Below are positions 58,571-64,000 of a DNA stretch of 64,000 nt, one piece after another. The stretch is from Myxococcota bacterium (GTDB taxonomy: Bacteria > Myxococcota_A > UBA796 > UBA2385): positions 64,001 through 128,000 of the forward strand of contig JBIJDH010000008.1 of assembly GCA_044344255.1 (NCBI GenBank). Direction: 5' to 3'. The notes beneath the pieces were generated by a model, which was given only the letters and a program-made list of their open reading frames with translations, had not been told where the DNA came from and did no database searches. The translations under genes were made by a program, and so were the position numbers. Positions within the stretch are counted from its first letter, which is position 1, and the number at the start of each line of letters is the position of its first letter.

Positions 58571-60102
58571 CCCGCCCGCTGTCCGCCACCTCCAACTGGC
58601 CCGCCGTCTGGCGCCGCTTCCGCCCCGAGGCCGAGGCGGTGGTCGACGTCGGCACCGACCAACGCTGGACCTGGACAGAGCTGCACAGACAGTCCCTCGC
58701 CTGGGCGGCCCGCCTGCAGCGAGAGGGGGTGGGCCCGGGTGACCGCGTCGCGCTCCTGGCCCTCAACCGCGCCGAGACCTTCGCCCTGCTCTTCGCGGTG
58801 GCCGAGCTCGGCGCGGTGCTGTTTCCGCTGAACTGGCGCCTCTCCCCCGAGGAGCTGCGCTGGCAGCTCGAGCACAGCCGCTCCCGCCTCCTGCTCGTCG
58901 ATGAGGCCCACTGGGCCTTGGAGCTCGGGCTCCCCCGCCTCCTGCTCGAGGAGGGGCCGGGCACGGTCGATCCCGACGGCTGGGCCGGCGGCGCGGGCTG
59001 CCGCCTCGAAGACCCTTGGATGTTGATGTACACCTCGGGCTCGACGGGGAAGCCCAAGGGCGCGATGCTCAGCCACGGGCAGGTACACTGGAACGCGCTC
59101 AACACCATCCTCGCCTGTGACCTCGACGCCGGCTGCAGCACGCTCACCTTCGCGCCGCTCTTCCACACCGGCGGCATGAACAGCCTCAGCACCCCGCTGC
59201 TCCACCGCGGCGGCAAGGTGGTGCTGGTGCCGCGGCTCGAGCCGGCCGAGGCCCTGGCCCTCATCGAGGGGGAGCGCATCACGCACCTGATGGGCGTGCC
59301 GACGATCTACCAGCTGCTCGCCGACCACCCCGACTTCGCCACCCGCGACCTCTCCAGCCTGCGCGACGCCCTCTGCGGCGGCGCGCCCCTCGCCTTGCCC
59401 CTCTTCCTCCGCTATCGTTCGCGTAACATCCCGTTACGGCAGGGTTTTGGCCTCACCGAAGTGGGGCCGAACTGCTTCTCGATGCCGATCGGGCAGGCAG
59501 AAGACAAGATGCGCGGCGATCCCAGCGATCCCACCCTCGGGCCCCCCGGGAGCTGCGTCGGGATGCCCATCCACCACATCGACGCCCGCCTGCTCCGCCC
59601 CGACGGCAGCGAGTGCGCGGTGGGGGAGCCCGGCGAGCTCGTGCTCGGCGGGCCGGCCGTCTTCGCCGGCTACCTCGACGACCCCGGCGCCACCGAGCGC
59701 TCGTTCCAAGGCGGCTTCTTCTACACCGGCGACCAGCTCTCGCGGGACCGCGACGGCTTCTTCTACGTGCGGGGCCGCCTCAAGGAGATGTACAAGTCGG
59801 GCGGCGAGAACGTCTACCCGGCCGAGGTCGAGGCGGCGCTCCAGCAGTGCCCCGGCGTCGCGCAGGTGGCCGTCGTCGGCGTCCCCGACGCCCGCTGGGG
59901 TGAGGTCGGCCGCGCCTTCGTCGAGGCTGACCCCGGCGTCACCCTCGTCGAGGCCGAGCTCCGCGCCTTCCTCGACGGCAAGCTCGCCCGTTTCAAGCTG
60001 CCGAAGCTCTACACCTTCGAGGCGCTGCCGCGCACCGGCTCGGGGAAGATCGACAAGGTCGCCCTCCGCGCGCGGCCCCTGCCGGGCCCCGCCCTCCCCT
60101 GA
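58567..60102 (+). CDS. Acyl-CoA synthetase / AMP-binding protein
   Basis: YTSGSTGKPKG, PLFH, GFGLTE, TGD, SGGENVYPAEVE, GSGK. Confidence 0.93.
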   Translation: MTRPLSATSNWPAVWRRFRPEAEAVVDVGTDQRWTWTELHRQSLAWAARLQREGVGPGDRVALLALNRAETFALLFAVAELGAVLFPLNWRLSPEELRWQLEHSRSRLLLVDEAHWALELGLPRLLLEEGPGTVDPDGWAGGAGCRLEDPWMLMYTSGSTGKPKGAMLSHGQVHWNALNTILACDLDAGCSTLTFAPLFHTGGMNSLSTPLLHRGGKVVLVPRLEPAEALALIEGERITHLMGVPTIYQLLADHPDFATRDLSSLRDALCGGAPLALPLFLRYRSRNIPLRQGFGLTEVGPNCFSMPIGQAEDKMRGDPSDPTLGPPGSCVGMPIHHIDARLLRPDGSECAVGEPGELVLGGPAVFAGYLDDPGATERSFQGGFFYTGDQLSRDRDGFFYVRGRLKEMYKSGGENVYPAEVEAALQQCPGVAQVAVVGVPDARWGEVGRAFVEADPGVTLVEAELRAFLDGKLARFKLPKLYTFEALPRTGSGKIDKVALRARPLPGPALP

Positions 60103-60146
60103 ACGGCCGCCGGCCTCCCTCCCTCTCCCTCACGACGGAGCCCTCC

Positions 60147-60794
60147 ATGCGCCTCCTCCGCCTCGGCCCCCCCCCCTGCCTCGGCCTCCTCCCCCGCCTC
60201 GGCCTCCTGTTCGGCCTCTCCCTCGGCGCCTGCACCCCCGACGACGCCAGCGGTGACAGCGGCGACAAGTCCGGCCTCGACGGCACCGACGGCACCGACG
60301 GCACCGACGGCACCGACGGCACCGACGGCACCGATGGGACGGACGGCACCGATGGGACCGACGGCACCGACGGCACCGACGGGGGCGGCAGCGATGACCC
60401 CATCGTCGGCACCTGGCTGTCCGAGGGGGACAACATCAGCCCCCTGTTCCAGGCCAACCCCTTCAAGTATGTGACGATCACCGCCGTCTTCAACGCCGAC
60501 CTCAGCTACCAGGTCGACGCGCTCACCGAGGGCGGGGACGCCTACACCTTCATCGGCACCTTCGTGGCCGACGGCAGCACCAGCCCCCGCGGCATCGTGC
60601 TCGACCAGAGCTCCCCCTCCGAGACCGTGGCCGAGGGCATCTACGAGGTCAGCGGCGAGACGCTCACCTACGAGGTGGTGGTCACCACCCCCGACTACGG
60701 CTTCGTCGCCCCCACGCCAGCGACGGGCTTCGGCAGCACGTCGGGCCGGGGCCTCGCCGAGGGTGACAATGTACAGACCTACGTTCGGCAGTAA
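60147..60794 (+). CDS. Lipoprotein with (DGT)n linker and small beta domain
   Basis: LGAC lipobox; IVGTW start of a lipocalin-like strand pattern. Confidence 0.8.
   Translation: MRLLRLGPPPCLGLLPRLGLLFGLSLGACTPDDASGDSGDKSGLDGTDGTDGTDGTDGTDGTDGTDGTDGTDGTDGTDGGGSDDPIVGTWLSEGDNISPLFQANPFKYVTITAVFNADLSYQVDALTEGGDAYTFIGTFVADGSTSPRGIVLDQSSPSETVAEGIYEVSGETLTYEVVVTTPDYGFVAPTPATGFGSTSGRGLAEGDNVQTYVRQ
60279..60377 (+). repeat. 9-bp coding repeat x11 (Asp-Gly-Thr)
   Basis: gacggcacc units, two with synonymous variants. Confidence 0.95.
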
Positions 60795-60803
60795 GGAGCC
60801 CCA

Positions 60804-62366
60804 TTGTTGCTGTCGCTGACCCTCCTCACCCTCACCGCCCGCGCGGGTGAGCCCGCCGAGTCCCGGTGGGCCGACAGCGTGCAGCCCGGTCCGGCGCCGG
60901 TCGGGAGCGGCTTCTCGGGGGTCGCCCTCTTCCAGAACCGCTACGTGCTCTCGAACGTGGTCACCACCAACCCCTTCCTCGACGGGCAGGTGGTGGGCAA
61001 GCTGGGCGGCATCAACAGCACCACCGTCAACGATGGCGGCCAAGACCTCGACGGCGACGGAGAGATCGACGAGAAGTCGGGCAACGCCTCCTATGTCGAG
61101 CAGCGCCTCGGGCTCTACTTCCGCTACGCGCCCACGATCTGGTCGGACAAGGTGGCGCTAAACACCGCCTTCGAGCTGGACTTCCTCTGGGGAGATCAGA
61201 GCGGCAACGTGGGCGGGAACACGGGCGGCGGCTTCGGCGCCGATCAGGTCAACATCCAGACCCGCCGGGTGAACCTCGCCGCCAAGGTGCTGAAGCACGG
61301 CCACCACGAGGCCACCCTCGTGAGCGGCCTCCAGTTCGTCTCCGACGGCGTCTACGACCCCGCCAAGGCCCGCCCCGACGAGCTCTTCCGCATGGGCGGC
61401 GGGCTGCGCTTCTGGGGCTCCGAGGCGGCCGGGCTCTCTCTCTATGGGCGGTACAAGGACGACTCGGGCGAGCGGCTCCGCTACCGCCTCGGCGGCTACA
61501 CGCTCTCCGAGCAGGGGGTGGCGATCCACGACGACACCGGCCTGCTGATGGCCGACGTCCAGGTCTCGCCGGCGTACGGGATCCGCCTCGCCGGGCACGC
61601 CTGGGCGCTCTTCGACCGCAGCGGCGGCACTGGCGGCGCCTTCGGCGTCGGCCCCTCCTCGCAGCTCTCCGAGCTCCAAGGCGGCCCCTCGCTCGACCTC
61701 CGCACAGCGGCCGAGACGCCGAAGCCCCTGATGGACGCCGATCTCCGCTGGTTCGGCGCCGACGGCGGCTACAACACCGCCCTCGACAAGGGCCCGGTGG
61801 GGGTGGGCGCGCTCTACATCCTCAACCAGGGCACCCTCTACGCCGAGGACGTCGATCCTGTCGCCGTCCTCGGCTGGCTCGCCGACGCCGAGCTCCGGGT
61901 CCGCTGGGCTTCCGGGGCGGGCTCCGTGCTCCGCGCCGAGGTCCTGGCCACCAGCCGCGACGGCACCGGCGCCACGCAGTACACGGGCGTGGTCACCGGC
62001 AACAGCTACGGCGTCGTCGGCGCCCTCTGGGGCAGCCACGGCTCGATGCTGATGCTGCCCGACCCCTGGGCCGTCAACCGCCAGACCCCCATCGTCCCCG
62101 ACGTCTCCAACGCCGGCGTCGGCCTCCGCGCCGCTGACCTCAGCGCCGGTTGGGACCCGATCCCGAACAAGCTCACCGTCCAAGCCGGCGCCACCTGGGC
62201 CCAGGACGGCCTGGGCGAGGGCCTCGGCACCGAGCTCAACGGGCGGGTCATCGGTCACCCCTGGTTCCTCGCGAACCTCGGCCTCGGCGTGGCCACCGTG
62301 AAGGGGAGCCGCTTCGACGCCGACCCCTGGACCGTCATCGCCTCTTACGACCAGGTCTTCTTCTGA
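60804..62366 (+). CDS. Probable outer-membrane beta-barrel protein
   Basis: TTG start with AAGGAG; signal ending ARA; alternating amphipathic strands; C-terminal YDQVFF (terminal Phe). Confidence 0.7.
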   Translation: MLLSLTLLTLTARAGEPAESRWADSVQPGPAPVGSGFSGVALFQNRYVLSNVVTTNPFLDGQVVGKLGGINSTTVNDGGQDLDGDGEIDEKSGNASYVEQRLGLYFRYAPTIWSDKVALNTAFELDFLWGDQSGNVGGNTGGGFGADQVNIQTRRVNLAAKVLKHGHHEATLVSGLQFVSDGVYDPAKARPDELFRMGGGLRFWGSEAAGLSLYGRYKDDSGERLRYRLGGYTLSEQGVAIHDDTGLLMADVQVSPAYGIRLAGHAWALFDRSGGTGGAFGVGPSSQLSELQGGPSLDLRTAAETPKPLMDADLRWFGADGGYNTALDKGPVGVGALYILNQGTLYAEDVDPVAVLGWLADAELRVRWASGAGSVLRAEVLATSRDGTGATQYTGVVTGNSYGVVGALWGSHGSMLMLPDPWAVNRQTPIVPDVSNAGVGLRAADLSAGWDPIPNKLTVQAGATWAQDGLGEGLGTELNGRVIGHPWFLANLGLGVATVKGSRFDADPWTVIASYDQVFF

Positions 62367-63331
62367 TGCCCATGTCCCCGGTCAACGCCTCCTTCCTGCT
62401 CGCGCTCGCGAGCTGCGTGCCCAAGTACTCGAGCCTGCCGGCCTTCGAGCCCGACGCCCTGGTGACCCCCCTCCCCGTCCGCCACATCCAGGTGGACGGC
62501 GTCGACATCGCCTACGTGGACAGTGGGAAGGCCGAAGATCCAGAAGAGACCCCGCTCGTCTTCATTCACGGCCTCTCCTCTTACATGGGCTACTGGGAGT
62601 ACCAGCTCCCCGAGCTCAGCCGAGAGCGGCGCGTCCTCGCGCTCGATCTGCCGGGCTACGGCGCCTCCGGCCGGCCCGACGCCGCCTACACCCCGCCCTA
62701 TTACGCCGAGACGGTCCTGCACTGGCTCGACATCCTCGGCGTCGATCGGGCGATCTTCGTCGGGCACTCGATGGGCGGCCAGATCAGCCTCACCATCGCC
62801 ATCGACCACCCCGAGCGGGTCGAGAAGCTCGTCCTCGCCGCCCCCGCCGGCATCGAGCGCTTCAACGCCGGCGCCGGCAAGTGGATGAAGGAGTATTGGA
62901 CCGAGGGCCGGGCGCTCGAGGCCACCGAGGAGGAGCTCCGCGCCACCTTCTCCACCCTCGTCTTCAACCGCATGGACGACGGCGCCGAGCGCCTCCTCGA
63001 GGAGCGGGTGCGGGTGCGCGACACCGCGGCCTTCAAGGGCACGAGCGTGGCCGTCGCCCGCTCTGTCGCCGGCATGATCGACCATCCCGTCGTCGATCGC
63101 CTCTCCCTGGTGCAGGCCCCGACGCTCATCGTCTACGGCACCGACGACCACATGATCCCGAACCCCGTCTTCACCGGCGGGAGCACCCGCCGCATCGCCC
63201 AACAAGGCCACGCCGCCATCCCGGGCTCCACCCTCCGGATGATCGACGGCGCCGGCCACACGGTCCAGCACGACGCACCGGAGGCCTTCAACGAGGCGCT
63301 CCGCACCTTCATCGCCAGCGCTCGGCGCTGA
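62366..63331 (+). CDS. Lipoprotein alpha/beta hydrolase
   Basis: TGATG overlap; LASC lipobox; FIHGL, DLPGYG, GHSMGG, DDH, AGH. Confidence 0.88.
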   Translation: MPMSPVNASFLLALASCVPKYSSLPAFEPDALVTPLPVRHIQVDGVDIAYVDSGKAEDPEETPLVFIHGLSSYMGYWEYQLPELSRERRVLALDLPGYGASGRPDAAYTPPYYAETVLHWLDILGVDRAIFVGHSMGGQISLTIAIDHPERVEKLVLAAPAGIERFNAGAGKWMKEYWTEGRALEATEEELRATFSTLVFNRMDDGAERLLEERVRVRDTAAFKGTSVAVARSVAGMIDHPVVDRLSLVQAPTLIVYGTDDHMIPNPVFTGGSTRRIAQQGHAAIPGSTLRMIDGAGHTVQHDAPEAFNEALRTFIASARR

Positions 63332-63341
63332 CGGAGTCCCC

Positions 63342-64000
63342 ATGCTCCTCTTCGCCCTCAGCGCCCGCCTCCTCTGCCCGGCGGCCCTGGCCACCCCGGC
63401 CTTCGACCCCACCACGCCCGACGAGCGCTTCACCGGCGAGGAGACCTACACCCTCGACGGCAGCCTCAAGCTCTGGAGCGCCATCGAGCGGCTGAAGGAC
63501 ACCGACTCTCTGTTCACGCAGGAGGAGTTCAACTCCGGCACCGAGTGGCCCACGGACGCCTCCTTTGCCCCCTTCATCCCCGAGTGTTTCGGCACCCAGC
63601 AGCCGAAGTCCGGCACCTTCCTGCTGCACATGGGCCTCGACGAGGAGGTCACCTCCGGCACGCCCATCCTCTTCGTGAGCGGGGCCGGCGACAACGGGAG
63701 CCGTGGTTTCATCACCATGGCCACCCGGATGAACAACAACACCTTCCGGCCGGTCTACGCGATCACCTTCGCCCACCCGCACGGCGATGTGTTCCAGCAG
63801 GCCGAGATCGTGGCCGACGCCATCGCCCGCATCAAGGCCCGCACGGGCGCCGCCCAGGTCGACGTCGTCTCTCACTCGAAGGGCGGCATCGCCACCGCGA
63901 TCTACCTGTCGAACGACAGCAGCGCCTCCTGGAGCCGCTCCGACTACCAGACCCGCGGCACCGAGTACAGAGGCGACGTGCGCAAGGCCGTCTTCATCGC
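63342..64000 (+). CDS. Secreted lipase/esterase (lipase class 2 / PhaZ7-like), 3' truncated; absent from the ORF track
   Basis: Own translation from ATG 63342 (GGAG RBS): signal ..AALA, TPILFVSGAGDN, IARIKARTGAAQVDVVSHSKGG, DVRKAVFI; open to the window end. Confidence 0.8.
   Translation, partial: MLLFALSARLLCPAALATPAFDPTTPDERFTGEETYTLDGSLKLWSAIERLKDTDSLFTQEEFNSGTEWPTDASFAPFIPECFGTQQPKSGTFLLHMGLDEEVTSGTPILFVSGAGDNGSRGFITMATRMNNNTFRPVYAITFAHPHGDVFQQAEIVADAIARIKARTGAAQVDVVSHSKGGIATAIYLSNDSSASWSRSDYQTRGTEYRGDVRKAVFI

Noticed and set aside
58567..60102. menE (o-succinylbenzoate-CoA ligase)
   Set aside because: Only generic adenylate-forming motifs are visible; no men genes nearby, and the gene is coupled to phaC.

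Overview
Very GC-rich, gene-dense bacterial DNA with about 55 real CDSs; most long ORFs in the supplied track are antisense or shifted-frame shadows. A MYXO-CTERM-like tail, MopE-type Cys/Asp repeats, FG-GAP propellers and a Tgl/PilF-like lipoprotein suggest a Myxococcota-like organism (inference). No rRNA, tRNA, CRISPR array, transposase, integrase or phage gene was recognised. Housekeeping content includes an XPB-like helicase, a GldA/F/G-like ABC system, rlmN-mtnP-TPR pilotin-rodZ-like-mgtE, hppA, a two-component pair, glycosyltransferases and two B12 radical SAM enzymes. Three loci stand out. (1) A PhaR-controlled PHA operon (phasin-like, phaE-like, two tandem phaC, acyl-CoA ligase, no phaA/phaB in the window) runs on, tightly coupled, into a lipoprotein, an outer-membrane barrel, a lipoprotein hydrolase and a secreted PhaZ7/lipase-like enzyme, suggesting a polyester/lipid scavenge-and-restore system. 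(2) A ClpA/C-like double-AAA+ protein is fused to a release-factor-2-like domain that lacks SPF and the catalytic GGQ. (3) An ECF sigma/anti-sigma locus has twin back-to-back GTCAC-N16-CGTT promoters. All family calls come from motif recognition by eye; no database search was run.
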